NCBI RefSeq assembly: GCF_001194135.2
Contig: NC_068988.1
Location: 28,477,387 to 28,541,386 of the forward strand
DNA from: Octopus bimaculoides
Taxonomy: Eukaryota
Reading direction: 5' to 3'
DNA length: 64,000 nt
Positions 49,053-62,195 of the stretch are shown piece after piece. Each line of letters begins with the position of its first letter. Position 1 is the stretch's first letter. The notes under the pieces are model-generated. The model did no database searches. It saw only the letters and a list, made by a program, of their open reading frames with translations, and had not been told where the DNA came from. The translations under genes were made by a program, and so were the position numbers.

Positions 49053-49944
49053 CTGGAAGAGGGGAAAAACAAAACAGAAAATGATGACGGTTTGATCTGG
49101 GACACAAAAGCTGGAAAATTGAATGCAGACAAAATAAAATCTAACCCTTTTACTTAAACATACAGCCAGACAAATCATTGTTATCATCATCATCATTACT
49201 GTTATTATTATTATTAAGTACTAGTGGTAAAAAAATACACTCAGTATGTGTTGTAAAGTGGCTGGTGTTATGAAGGGCATCCAGCCATAGAAATCATGCT
49301 AGAGCAGACATTGGAGCACAATATGGTCCTTAGACCTACTGGATCCTGCCAAACCACCTAATCCATGCCAGCACAAAACATGGACATTAAATTATTATTA
49401 TAATAATAATTATTATTATTATTATTATTATTATTATCATTATTATTATTATTATTAAGGCGACGAGCTGGCAGAATTGTTAGCCTGCCAGGCAAAATGC
49501 TTAGCGGTATTTCATCTGTCTTTATGATCCGAGTTCAAATTCCACTGAGTGGTGACTTTGCCTTTCATCCTTTTGGAGTCGATAAAATAAGTACCAGTTA
49601 TGTACTGAGCCAAAAAGATGAAAGTCAATGAAGACCCTAGTGGAATTTGAAACCAGAACGTAAAGATGAATGAAATGCCACTAAGCAATTTGCCCAGCAT
49701 GCCAACAACTCTGGCAGTTCATCAACATCATTATCATCATCATTTAATGTCTGTTGTCCATGCTGGCATGAGTTGGACGGTTTGACCAGGGTTGGTAAGA
49801 TGGAAAGCTGCGCCAGACTCCAGTCTAGTTTTGCATGGTTTTCTACAGCTGGATGCCCTTCCTAATGCCAACCAAGAGTGTAATGGGTGCTTTTATGTGC
49901 CACCGGCACAGGTGCCATTTGCATGTCACTGGGGTGGGTGAGGA

Positions 49945-50640
49945 AGAGTATGAGGAGGAGTGATGAGATGAAGGAGGGAGGAGAGGAAANNNNNNNNNNN
50001 NNNNNNNNNNNNNNNNNNNNNNNNNNNNNNNNNNNNNNNNNNNNNNNNNNNNNNNNNNNNNNNNNNNNNNNNNNNNNNNNNNNNNNNNNNNNNNNNNNNN
50101 NNNNNNNNNNNNNNNNNNNNNNNNNNNNNNNNNNNNNNNNNNNNNNNNNNNNNNNNNNNNNNNNNNNNNNNNNNNNNNNNNNNNNNNNNNNNNNNNNNNN
50201 NNNNNNNNNNNNNNNNNNNNNNNNNNNNNNNNNNNNNNNNNNNNNNNNNNNNNNNNNNNNNNNNNNNNNNNNNNNNNNNNNNNNTGAGGAGGGGAAAAGA
50301 GGAAGATGAGGAGGGGAAGAGAAAGAGGAAGATGAGGAGGGGAAAAGAGGAAGATGAGGAGGGGAAGAGAAAAAGGAAGATGAGGAGGGGAAGAGAAAGA
50401 GGAAGATGAGGAGGGGAAGAGAAAGAGGAAGATGAGGAGGGGAAGAGAAAGAAGATGAAGATGAGGAGGGGAAGAGAAAGAAGATGAAGATGAGGAGTGG
50501 AAGAGAAAGAAGAGGAAGCTGAGGAGGGGAGGAGAAAGAAGACGAAGTGAGGAGGGGAAGAGAGAGAAGACGAAGATGAAGAGGGGAAGAGAAAGAAGAG
50601 GAAGGTGAGGAGGAGAAGAGAAAGAAGAGGAAGGGGTGGG
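49945..50640 (+). repeat. Polypurine minisatellite, unit about 26 bp (gaggaagatgaggaggggaagagaaa), spanning a gap
   Basis: At least 12 visible units at 50285-50640; the gap at 49990-50284 lies inside the array. Confidence 0.9.
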
Positions 50641-50683
50641 GACAGGAGAACGTAGTAATGCCATAGAAAAATCGAACCCTTAC

Positions 50684-50889
50684 AAGCCGTGTAATTTTCC
50701 TTTCATCCAAGCTCCATTGTAGACTGCATCTTTAAAGGTGGAATGCTTGGTGAACTTGTGCTGTGCCTGTCGTACTAAAGGTGGGTTGAAGCGGTTCATT
50801 TCCACCTGGCTACAGCCACTGGTCGATGTTGATTTCCTTGGTCGATAGCAGTTGTTAATGGAACTGTTCAGCTTTATCAGCCACTCAGT
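50684..50889 (-). CDS. ALS2: Alsin exon, end of PH to MORN1 (TEWLIKLNSSIN...FKDAVYNGAWMKGKLHG)
   Basis: ttcttgtag/gtaagg; KDA.Y.G.W..GK.HG motif. Confidence 0.95.
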
Positions 50890-51196
50890 CTACAAGAAAT
50901 GCATAGAATCATCACCATCATTATCATCATCATCATCATCAACAACAACAACATTGATATTTAAATTGTCATTATCTTTTATGCCTTACTTGCTTCAGTC
51001 TTTGGACTGCAGTCATGCTGGAGCACCACCTCGAAGAAGAAACTTTTAGTCAAATGAATTTAGCCCAGTACTTATTTATGTTTAAGCCTGATATAAATTG
51101 TATCGGTCACCTTTGCCAAACCACCAAGTTGCAGGTGGATGTAAACACACCGACACCAGCTGTCAAGCAGTGGTGGGGTACAAACACAAAAACACA

Positions 51197-51241
<45 letters not shown>

Positions 51242-51603
51242 NNNNNNNNNNNNNNNNNNNNNNNNNNNNNNNNNNNNNNNNNNNNNNNNNNNNNNNNNNN
51301 NNNNNNNNNNNNNNNNNNNNNNNNNNNNNNNNNNNNNNNNNTAAGCCTAGTACTTATTCTATCAGCATCTTTTGCCGAACCGCTAAGTTACAGGGATGCA
51401 AACATACCAACATCAGTTGTCAAGTGATGGTGGTGGGGACAAACACAGATATACAAACATATACATACATACAGCCACAAGGTTCCAGATTCAGTCCCAC
51501 TGTGTGGCGCCTGGGACATGTGTCTGCTACTATAGATTCAGGCTGACCAAAACCTTGTGAGTGGATTTGGTAGATGGAAACTAAAAGAAGCCTGTTGTTT
51601 GCA

Positions 51604-51651
<48 letters not shown>

Positions 51652-52211
51652 TTGCCCCCACCACCACCACCACCACTGCTTAACAACCAGTGTTGATGTG
51701 TTTACGTTCCCATAACTTAGCAGTTTGGCAAAAGATACTGATAGAACAAGTACCAGGCTTAAAAAAAAAAGGAAAAAATTACTGGGGTTGACTTGTTCAA
51801 CTAAAATTCAAGGCAGTGCCCCAGCATGGCCACAGTCTAATGACTGAAACAAGCAAAAGATAAAGGATAAAAGAAAAAAACATGAATAAAAGTGATTACT
51901 TTAAAGAAGTTCTTAGCCTCTAAACCAGGAATGAGCAACTATTCATCAACTTGGGGCCGCATCGTACCATTTCCAAGTGAGAGAGGGCCAAATGATAAAA
52001 CACATATGCATGAAATATTACTTGCCCACTTTACACTGAATTTTTTGCAATTCTTCTTAATTTTATTTGTCTTAGTATGAAATTAGTAACCTAGAAACTC
52101 ATTGAGGGTCACACTGCAACATGTCGAGGGTTGCATGTGGCCCGCAGGTCGCAGGTTGACCATGCATGCTCTAAAATATGCCAAAATCCAACAAATCTGT
52201 TGTTCACTTAC

Positions 52212-52278
52212 TTTGCTAGCAGATGAGGTGACAGTCAGAACGAAGGTTTCTTCAGGAGTAATGATTTGAAGAGAATCT
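52212..52278 (-). CDS. ALS2: Alsin exon, PH (DSLQIITPEETFVLTVTSSASK)
   Basis: ctcttcag/gtaagt; TPEE.F.L motif. Confidence 0.93.
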
Positions 52279-52841
52279 CTGAAGAGAAAAGAAAATGAAT
52301 TTAGTTAAAGAAATAAAATGTAGAAGATAAGAAGAATACACCAGAATCTGAAGAAACTACTGCAAGTCTATAGTGCTTCCACATTTTGGCACAAGGCCAG
52401 CAATTTATGGGGGGAGGGGCTAGTCGATTACATTGACTCCAGTGCTCAACTGGTCCTTATTTTATTGACCCTGAAAGAATAAAAAGTAAAGCTGACTTTG
52501 GCAGGATTTGAACTCAAAATGAAAGACATGAAATGCTGCTAAGCATATTTCCCAGCATGCTAATGATTCTGCCAGCTTACTGCCTTGCTGCTAGTTTATA
52601 TTGATAACTATGCATGATGTGAGAAACCATTGTTGCTGCTGTCATCATCATCATCATCATCATACCCTTTATGTAGTTCTTATGTTCAGTGTGATACAGA
52701 ATGTGACAAAACTTACCTATTTTAAATTACGCGTACAACTTATTTTTGCCAGCTGAGTGGACTGGAGTAACTTGAAATAAAGGATCTTGCTCAAGGTCAG
52801 AATGCATTGCCAGGAATCAAACTCATGACTTTATATATGAC

Positions 52842-52879
<38 letters not shown>

Positions 52880-52969
52880 GCAAGCTTCTTTCAGTTTCCG
52901 TCTACCAAATATACTCATACAACTTTTAAACTAAGATGTATGTATGTATATACACCCACAGATACTTAC

Positions 52970-53040
52970 TGTGTTTGTTCCGATTCCGAAGAGGTGTCTA
53001 CCCATACAGTTTCAAGAGGAAATTCATTAATTGCAGATCC
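52970..53040 (-). CDS. ALS2: Alsin exon, PH (GSAINEFPLETVWVDTSSESEQT)
   Basis: ttctgcag/gtaagt; FPL.T.W motif. Confidence 0.92.
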
Positions 53041-54079
53041 CTGCAGAAAAAAAAAACAGAAAAGAAAAAAAAAGACAAAAATTTACATTGAAATCATGTG
53101 ATCATGTGACCGACTAGACTTTCAGATGTTGTTACACATCGCTGGTCACAATGCACTTTGCATTGTTTTAGCCCTCAAACGACACCACCCCACCGGCTAG
53201 GTAAGCAGGCCAACATTCCCCACCAATCAAAAGGGGGACTGGGACAATGTGAAATGAAGTGTTTTGTTCAAGAACACAATGTATTGCCTGATCAGGGAAT
53301 TGAACCCCTGATCTACCAATCATGAGTGCAACACCCTAACCACAAGGCCATGCACCTTCACACACTGATATAGATCAAACAAATAAAGTCAGTTTTATTC
53401 CCAAACTACCACTTATGACTATTGACTATTTTTACCAATAATACTAAAGACCTTTTACATTATTCTTTATTTTTCTTGAGCCTCAGGGCTTACTATGTTG
53501 GTTACCCAATTTTCAGTGCCACTGGACTGGCTCTTGTGCGGGTGGCATGTAAAATACACCATTTTGAGCGTGGCCGTTGCCAGTACCGTCTGACTGGCCT
53601 TCGTGCCGGTGGCACATAAACGCACCCACTACACTCTCAGAGTGGTTGGCGTTAGGAAGGGCATCCAGCTGTATACACTCTGTCAAATCAGATTGGAGCC
53701 TGGTGTAGCCATCTGGTTTCACCAGTCCTCAGTCAAATCGTCCAACCCATGCTAGCATGCAAAGCGGACATTAAATGATGATGATGATGATGATGAAATG
53801 ACTGGAATCACAACATTTCTCCTAGACAGGACACAAATCCAAAGCAGAGTTCAAGCTCAGTAATTTTGAGGGGAGGGGACAAGAAAATTACATCAACCCT
53901 AGTACCTGACTGTTACTTTATTTTACCGATACCAAAGGATGAAAACTTCATAACTGCAACTATGTGATTGCAAAGCAATGCAAACTTCTTGGCCACAGAG
54001 TCAAATCTGTGCTCATGTATGATTAGATCATCTTTTTTATCTAAAAGCTCAAAAGATAAAAATTTAGCTGAATACTCAC

Positions 54080-54208
54080 ATGGATATGTACAAAGATGTC
54101 ATTGAAAAGGTGGAAGTTATGGACGAAGAACCGTCCTGCACTGGCCTGGGTCAGAGGATTCTGCTTGGTGTCATACAGGAGTCGTCTTTCAGGGGTACGA
54201 AGAGCGTC
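54080..54208 (-). CDS. ALS2: Alsin exon, PH (DALRTPERRLLYDTKQNPLTQASAGRFFVHNFHLFNDIFVHIH)
   Basis: atttgcag/gtgagt; matches DSLRKPERRLL...AGRF...LFND. Confidence 0.96.
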
Positions 54209-54959
54209 CTGCAAATATTATCAAAGGATAAGGATTATAAATATCATTGATTTCTTTCATTGGGATATGATTAGGACACATGTATAATTGATTATACTGA
54301 TCCAAGAACCTCATATTTATATATATATATATATATATTTAATATTTTTGGATTAACGGGTATATGTTGATTAATGTGTGGAAGTGTTGAGTTTGGGCTC
54401 CTTGGTGTCATCCACTGTTGGGGTGTGTTTCTGTTGGATCTACTTCATGAATTCTGCAGTGTCAGTTGAGATAATAATAATAATTGCATAAGTAACAAGA
54501 AGATGGATTAATGCATCTTCCCGTTACTTAAGCAATTATTATAATTATAATTATTATATATAAAGAGTGTGTTGGAGAACACTAAAGCAAGTGGGGTGTT
54601 AATATTCATGGAGTAGTGCTCAAATAAATGAGAACTTAATTCTTAACTCCTATATCTGGGGCAGGTGGTTTTGGTGTAGCAAGTTCACCATAAGAATGAT
54701 CTTTGTTGAGTGTGTATGGAAGTAAAAAGGCAGATAAACAAAGCTAGGCTTAATGAGTGAATTTACATGGAATACAAATAAACAAAAAGAATGATGCAAC
54801 AGTCTTATCTTGACAGCTGTTTCAGGTGAACCATGACTTATGTCAGTTATCTAAATAACTGTAATATGAGTGTATGAATTTCTTTGTATGTTAGCGTATA
54901 TTGGACAAAATTAAGTTAAGTGAAAGCGTAAGAGAGACAGAGACAAATGGTAAACTGAC

Positions 54960-55091
54960 CACTAATTTCTGTGAGCTGCTCTCCCAGAACAGCCGAGTTT
55001 TGTCTGCAATATTGTGCTCCTCTGTAGAAGACATTTTCAACGTATCCCACTTGATAGATATAGAATTCAGTAGAGACCTCATCTCGGAATC
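54960..55091 (-). CDS. ALS2: Alsin exon (DSEMRSLLNSISIKWDTLK...ADKTRLFWESSSQKLV)
   Basis: ctcttttag/gtcagt; matches EAEYTLGFW. Confidence 0.9.
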
Positions 55092-56567
55092 CTAAAAGAG
55101 AGAAGAAAAACCTAAGGAAACAATTCTAACATAAGAAGAATAACAATGAAATATGATGCATTGAAAAACATTTATTAGATATGATATTACAATAACAAAC
55201 AATCGCATACAAGATTTTTCTGTAAGTTAGCTGCCCATTCTTGAAGAATGACTCATCTTGATATCTTTGTGGCAATCTTCATCACCATCATTTCCATGCT
55301 GGCATGGATTGAATGATATGACAGGAGCTGGCAAACAGTCAACTGTTATGGCAAAGGTTTCTATGGTGAGATACCTTTCCTAATACCAACCACTTTACAG
55401 AGTGGAGAGGGGGCTTTTTACAGGACACTGGTATGGGAGCTATTGAATGTGGAACTGGCACAGGTGCTTTTTCAAGTGGTACCGGCACAGCTTCTTCTCC
55501 AAAGTGGCACCTGCATGGGTGCCTTTTTTTAATGCAATGTCAGCACAGATGCTTTATTTTATGTGGTACAAGCATGGGTGCTTTATTACGTGGTGCCAAC
55601 ACAGGTGCTCTTTACAATCCCATATTAGATTTTTCTTTGAGTTAGATGCCCATTCTTGAAGAAACACTCCTCTTGATATCTTTGTGGTCATCATAATTAT
55701 ACTTGTTATTGGTTTTGGGTTCAGTCCCACTATGTGGAACTTATGGCTCAGAAGGAATTTGTGGAGACAGATTTTCTATGGCCAGATGCCCTTCCTCTCA
55801 CCAACCCTCACCTGTTTCCAAGCAAGGTAATATTTCCCTTTGGTCAGGCATGCTTTTCATGGGAGACTAGAAAAGAATAATGTCACTTATATGATAGTGA
55901 TGTTTGTTTACAACCGAGACATCAAGACAAGAATATGCACAAACACAGGCACACATATATACACATACACACATACATACAAAAATTACACATAAGGCCG
56001 ATGACAGTACCGCCTGATTGGCACTCATGCCAGTGGAATGTTAAAAGCACATCCAAATATGGGGTGTAACCAGCCCCTCATTCATTGGGTAATGAACTTT
56101 GCTTGTGAAGACCTACTGAAGAAAGTGTAAACAAATCAAAATTGCTGACATGGCCGATGACAGTAATGCCTGATTGGCACTCATGCCAGTAGAACATTAA
56201 AAGTACATCCGAGCGTGTTTGTTGCCAGGGCCACGGATTGGCTCCCGTGCCGGTGGCATATGAAAAACAACATTTGAGTGTGGTCATTGCCAGTGCCGCC
56301 AGACTGGCTCCCATGCAGGTAGCATGTAAAAACACCTTTTGAGCGTGGTCATTGCCAGAACCACCTGACTAACCCTCATGATGGTAGCACGTAAAAAGCA
56401 CCGACTACACTCTCGGCGGGATTGGCATTAGGAAGGGCATCCAGCTGTAGAAACTTTGCCAGATCAGATTGAGCCTGGTGCAGCCACTGGCTCACCAGTC
56501 CCCAGTCAAATTTCCAGGGAGTCTGAACCAAACCGTTTTGGGGCCCTTCTTTTGTTTGTCTACTCAC

Positions 56568-56598
<31 letters not shown>

Positions 56599-56867
56599 AC
56601 AAGCTTCTTTCAATTTCTGTTTACGAAATCCACTAACAAGGCTTTGGTCAGCCCAGTGCTATAGTAGGACACACACCAAAAGTGCCATGCATTGGGACTG
56701 AACCCAGAACCATGTGGTTGAGAAGCAAGCCTCTTACCACCCAACCACACCTCACCTATGATGTTGATGATGATGATAATGATAGAGTATAGCAAACCAC
56801 AAACATTTCTATTCCTATCACATTTACCAAGAATATTCAAGAGAAGATAATATATAATAAAACTCAC

Positions 56868-57033
56868 TGATGGGTATCCCAGAGATAATTTATTTATCAT
56901 ATGGCCATATTCATTAGGCCTGTGTAAAGGATATTGCAGTATACGTTGAAGGGTGGAAGCATAATTCATTTTCTCCGAAGTCGACTCATCAAGGATCTCA
57001 GTAAAAACGTTTTGAATTTTCTCAAAGTAAGAA
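56868..57033 (-). CDS. ALS2: Alsin exon, DH (SYFEKIQNVF...ILQYPLHRPNEYGHMINKLSLGYPS)
   Basis: tccttcag/gtgagt; DH-type P..R...Y motif. Confidence 0.9.
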
Positions 57034-57807
57034 CTGAAGGAAAAAAAAAAGGAAAGAAAATATGACAATTCAATGAAGAAGAAAAGAGTCTTTATTTTTT
57101 ATCTTTAATTTGTTTCAGCCATTGGACTGCAGCCATGCTGGGCACCACCTTGAAGAGTTTTGACCAATCAGATTGACCCCAGAACTTATTCTTTTAAAAG
57201 GGCTGGTCTTTATTTTATTGATCTTTTTTGCCAAACTGTTAAGTTATGGGCATATAAACAAATCAACACCATGATGGTGGTGGTGGGGAACAAACACAAA
57301 CACCCCCCCCCACACACACATGGACATACATATACCCTTATACAAACAACAGACTTCCACACAGTTTCTGTCTACCAAATTCATTCAGAAAGCATTGGTT
57401 GGTCTGAGGCTATTGTCAAAGATACTCGTTGAAGTGCTACACAGTGGGACTGAACCCAGAACCATGTGGTTGCCAACCGAGCTTCTTATCACACAGCCAT
57501 GCCTGCACTTATAGAGAGTAAATAATCAACTAAATAATTATTACAAAATTATTAAAAAATATGTCAAATCTCTTTGTCGAAATGTAACCACAATCTAAAA
57601 CATGTATGTGACGAACAGCTGTGTGGTAAGAAGCTTGCTTACCAACACATAGTTTCGGGCTCAGTCCCACTGCATGGCACCTGGGGCAAATGTCTTCTAC
57701 TATAGCCTCGGGCCAACCAAAGCCTTGTGAATGGATTTTGGTAGACAGAAACTGAAAGAAGCCATTCGTATANNNNNNNNNNNNNNNNNNNNNNNNNNNN
57801 NNNNNNN

Positions 57808-57844
<37 letters not shown>

Positions 57845-58101
57845 GGATGTATGTATGAGTGTTTGTGTGTCTGTGTTTGTACCCCCACCATCGCTTGACG
57901 ACCGATGTTGGTGCGTTTATGTTCGGCAAAAGACACCGATAGAATAAGCACTAGGCTTACAAACAATAAGCCCTGGGATTGATTTGTTTGACCAAAGGCG
58001 GTGCTCCAGCATTGCCACAGTCAAATGACTGAAACAAATAAAAGAATATTGAAACAATATTCAACAAGAAAAACTTGATATTAATAGAGCTATAGACTTA
58101 C

Positions 58102-58274
58102 TTGCCAATTTTGGTGCAATGTTCAAAGCCATTAATTGCCAACATGTCACCAAATCGAAGAGAGTAGTTCTTGAAGTACTCAATAAGTTCTTTAGATTTT
58201 TGGAACATACGACTATGAGTAATGTCTTCATTACCTCGAATCAGCCGAGTCAACTGCACACAGTTTTCACCAAT
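58102..58274 (-). CDS. ALS2: Alsin exon, DH (IGENCVQLTRLIRG...FGDMLAINGFEHCTKIG)
   Basis: cattcttag/gtaagt; open frame, phases fit. Confidence 0.9.
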
Positions 58275-59627
58275 CTAAGAATGTAAAGGTTAATTAACAA
58301 TTTAAATTAAATTTAAATAAAATAGCAACTTTATATTTATGAAACACCACACAACTTACAGCTAATGACAATAATTCAACAAATTATTATTTTCAATTAT
58401 ATGTTTTCAATTATAAAAAAAAAATTGTTACATTTTTGTTTTATCTTTTAGTCAGAAAGGAATGCAACGCCCATGACCTTTTAAAGGGCCTCTGTGACTT
58501 TGTTTACTTACTGACTGCACCAAGTGTAAATGGCAGTGTACATATAATTTAATGATTAGTGGCAGAAGAAGTATCAATACCAAAAGGTAATCTTTATATC
58601 CGACTTAACATGGACGCCCTGTCAGAACACTGAATACAGTGTTATTAGGCTTCAGAGATTCTCATATATAGGTGTTTGATGCATAAAAACACATGTGTGA
58701 CAGCCAAGGTTTTGGAAGTTGTTAGATGAGGTACTCTGGTTAAAATGGTGAACAAACAGCAATGAGTGTAGTTTACGATGCATATGATACATTCTATGCA
58801 CCATCATCATCATCATCGTTTAACGTCTGCTTTCCATGCTAGCACGGGTTGGACGATTTGACTGAGGACTGGCGAACCAGATGGCTGCACCAGGCTCCAA
58901 TCTAATCTGGCAGAGCTTCTACAGCTGGATGCCCTTCCTAACACCAACCACTCCGAGAACCAGTCAGGTGGTACTGGCAACAGCCATGCTCAAGTGGTAT
59001 TTTTTACGTGTCACCTGCACAGGAGCCAGTCCAGCGGCACTGGCAATGACCTCGCTCGAATGGTGCTTTTTATGTGCCACCTGCACAGAAGCCAGTCAGC
59101 TGCTCTGGCAGTGGTCACGCTCGGATAGTGCTCTTAGCGCTCCACTGGCACAGGTGCCAGTCATCGAATTTGCGAATTTGATTTGATGTAAACCTGGTGT
59201 ACATGTATTATGGTAAACAGTGGAGACCAATGCAGCCCACAGGTTTGTTAGACTCTGTTGAGCTGTCCAACCCATTCCAGTATAGAACATGGATGTTAAA
59301 TGATGATGATGAGTATCCAAAAAAACTAACCAGAAAAATCACTGTAGTGAGAAAAAAATGTTATTCATTTCAGTCAGTAAGCGAGGTCATTTAGAAAATG
59401 TTTCAGCTTTCTAAACTCTGTCATTGCTCTATACTTTTTTTTGTGGACAGTGTAGAATACATTTTATGTAAGTTAACGAATCCAAAATGAGTCACTTTCT
59501 AACTCCTGTGGAGCAAAAACTGTTCAATATTCTTTAGGTGAAATTTTTTGTCATTTGCGTACCTTCTGATCGACTGATTCTTTTAGAATAAATGGTAAAG
59601 AAATATATTCACACTCAATGAACTCAC

Positions 59628-59710
59628 TTTGTTGGTGAGGTCAAGGAAAGCATCGATATGGGCAGTAAAAACAGATTTATAGTAACTGGATTCCATGGCA
59701 CACAAGAACA
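59628..59710 (-). CDS. ALS2: Alsin exon, DH (FLCAMESSYYKSVFTAHIDAFLDLTNK)
   Basis: tttttcag/gtgagt; phase 1-0 fits. Confidence 0.85.
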
Positions 59711-59876
59711 CTGAAAAATAAATAAAATACAGAACAGAGAATAAGAATAAAAACAGAATGGTTGAGGGGAAAAGCAAGCTATTTCTGGCATTTAGATATA
59801 CAATGAAATAACGATTTGTTTCAGAAACAAATCAGATATATGGTATGAGAGAAAACATTTAAGTTATGGTACTTAC

Positions 59877-60048
59877 TTGATGTTTTCAATGGAGAAAGAA
59901 ATTTTGTTGCAATTTTGTTTAGTTTAGAATAGAAGTTTCTTTCAGAAAGAGCAAGTTCAAAAGCTGTAGCTGTTTGACCTGATGAGCTCTTACCAACTAA
60001 ACAACCACAAGAGATTCCACCAGCTTGTAAAGAGCGGATCCAACCAGT
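59877..60048 (-). CDS. ALS2: Alsin exon, start of DH domain (TGWIRSLQAGG...FELALSERNFYSKLNKI...)
   Basis: cctttag/gtaagt; matches ELATTERRFYSKL. Confidence 0.95.
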
Positions 60049-60244
60049 CTAAAGGTTAAAAAAGAATACATAGATAAATAAACAAATTTAAATGTGAGAT
60101 TCACATAATTTAAATGCATTAAAATAATATTCTTAATATTAATGCAACATAAAATAGTTGTTTAGCTCAGAGATGGTGAAATTATATCAGGTGAGTGATG
60201 ACAGCTTTATAAATTCTTGACAGTTATAGAATTCTGTTTCTTAC

Positions 60245-60308
60245 CTTTCTCAGAGTGTTTAGAACCACTGGCTTGCTGGTTTTTGTTACAGAACTATAGT
60301 GATTCTCA
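60245..60308 (-). CDS. ALS2: Alsin exon (ENHYSSVTKTSKPVVLNTLRK)
   Basis: cttttcag/gtaaga; bridges phase 2 to phase 0; resembles SKTPVLL. Confidence 0.85.
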
Positions 60309-60444
60309 CTGAAAAGACGACAAATGTTATATTAATGAGACCCTGATTTCTTCAAACATTTATTTAAAAAATCAAAGAAATATCATTATGAATTCTGCCC
60401 TTTTGGCTTTCAAAACACTTGTTCCTTTTATAAGTAAATATCAT

Positions 60445-61270
60445 TATCATCATCATCATCATCATCATTTAACGGCCATTGTCCATGCTGGCATAGGTTG
60501 GACAGTTTGACCGGACTGGCACGCTGGAAGACTGCATCAGATTCCAGTCTGATTTGGCATGGTTTTCTATGACTGGATGCCCTTCCTAATGCCAACCACT
60601 CCAAGAGTGTAATGGGTGCTTTTATGTGCCACTGGCATGGGTGCCATCTGTGTGACACCGGGGTGCTTTTATGTGTTAATTTGTATGACACCAATATCTT
60701 CCAAAACTGTGATTTTGCTCAGCTTGATGGGTCTTCTCAGGCATGGCATAATGTCTCAACCATTGCCTTTGTGAAACCCAACACTCGAAAGGAACTCAGC
60801 CACTTTGCCTCCATGAGACCCAACACTTGAAAGGAACTCAACCTCTTTGTCTCTGTGAGGCTCAACAATCGAAAGGAACTCAGTCACTTTGCTTCCCTGA
60901 GGCCCAACGCTCAAAAGGTATCGCTTACATGCCACCAGCACGGGTGCACTTGGCTTGATGGGTCCTCTCAAGTACAGCACATCACCAAAAGTCTTGCTCA
61001 CTTTGTGAGGCTCAAAGTTCGAAGATCAAGCTTCACCACCTTGTCCCATGTCTTCCTGGGTCTACCTCTTCCACAGGTTCGCTCCACAGTTAGAGATCAG
61101 CACTTCTTTACACGGCTGTCCTCGTCCATATGCATCACATGACCACACCGGCACAGTTGTCTCCCTTGCACACCACACCTGATGCTTCTTGTGCCTAACT
61201 TTTCTCTCAAGATGCTTACACTCTGTCAAACATGCACACTGACATTGCACATCCAGCAAAGCATACTGGC
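60445..61270 (-). mobile_element. Degenerate RTE LINE 3' end with a 42-bp tandem repeat and family-C tail
   Basis: Similar to 22107-22408 at 61020-61260; 42-bp units at about 60770-60920; aggaagggcatccag block and (GAT)n tail. Confidence 0.75.
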
Positions 61271-61694
61271 TTCATTTCTTTCAAGAAAGAATCTATGAAG
61301 TTATTTAGTATTTTTGAATTTTTTTTTTTTTTACTAATCTCTTTTAGTACAATATTACAGAAGACAGAAATGGTAGAAAAAGCCTTTCAGTTATTCAACA
61401 GTGGCCATGCTGGAGCACTACCTTACTACCTTGAAGGGTTTTTAGTCAAATTGCCCCTAGTATTTAGTTTTTAAAGTTTGGTATGTATTTTATCATTCTT
61501 TTTTGCTTATCAGTTCTTGTCTAACTGTCCAATCCATGCCAGCATGGCAAACAGATGTTAAATGATATTGACGATGGTGATCATGAGCCAAATTCTTGCA
61601 TTGCTTACAAATGGCACTACCACAAAGCCCTTTGAAGCCATAAATGTGATGGGTAAAATACTTAAGATTTAATAAATTATCTATTTAAATTTAC

Positions 61695-61807
61695 CTGGGC
61701 TGTTTTCCAGAATAGTAGACGTCAGGATGAAAACCTCCGGAATCGGTTAGGAATAAAGAATGGTTGTCTCCAGCAGCAATGTCCCATACCAAGCAGTTGG
61801 CAACAAA
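61695..61807 (-). CDS. ALS2: Alsin exon (FVANCLVWDIAAGDNHSLFLTDSGGFHPDVYYSGKQP)
   Basis: ttattcag/gtaaat; matches alsin VWSIAAGRDYSLFL...YYSGRQ. Confidence 0.95.
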
Positions 61808-61874
61808 CTGAATAAGTAAAATGTAAAACTTAGTATTATTCAATACAAGATCAGTACAATTTGTTTAAACTGGT

Positions 61875-62195
61875 GCTCCATTGATTACGACAAGCGTTCC
61901 AGTTGATATGATCAACCAAACAGCCTGCTCGTGAAATTAACATGCACGTGGCTGAGTATTCCACAGACACATGCGCCCGCCCTTATTGTAGTTCTTAAGG
62001 AGATTCAGTGACACAGAATGTGACAGGGCTGACCCTTTGAATTACAGGTACTACTCATTTTTGCTTGTTCAGCGGACTGGAGCAATGTGAAATAAAATGT
62101 CTTGCCCAAGGACACAACATGCCACACGGTATTTGAACTCACGACCTTATGAGTTTGAGCCAAATACCTTAACCACTAAGCCGTGCACTTTCACA
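61875..62195 (-). mobile_element. Family D tRNA-derived CORE-like SINE
   Basis: Minus-strand head gtgaa.gc.c.gcttagtggttaagg...gagttc.a.t.cc and gtccttgggcaagac core; copies about 1810-2068, 3370-3560, 52740-52840, 53110-53360. Confidence 0.75.

Noticed and set aside
49843-50710. 273-282 aa Ser/Pro/Leu-rich ORFs
   Set aside because: Translation of the purine minisatellite plus a gap; low complexity, no splice-consistent role.
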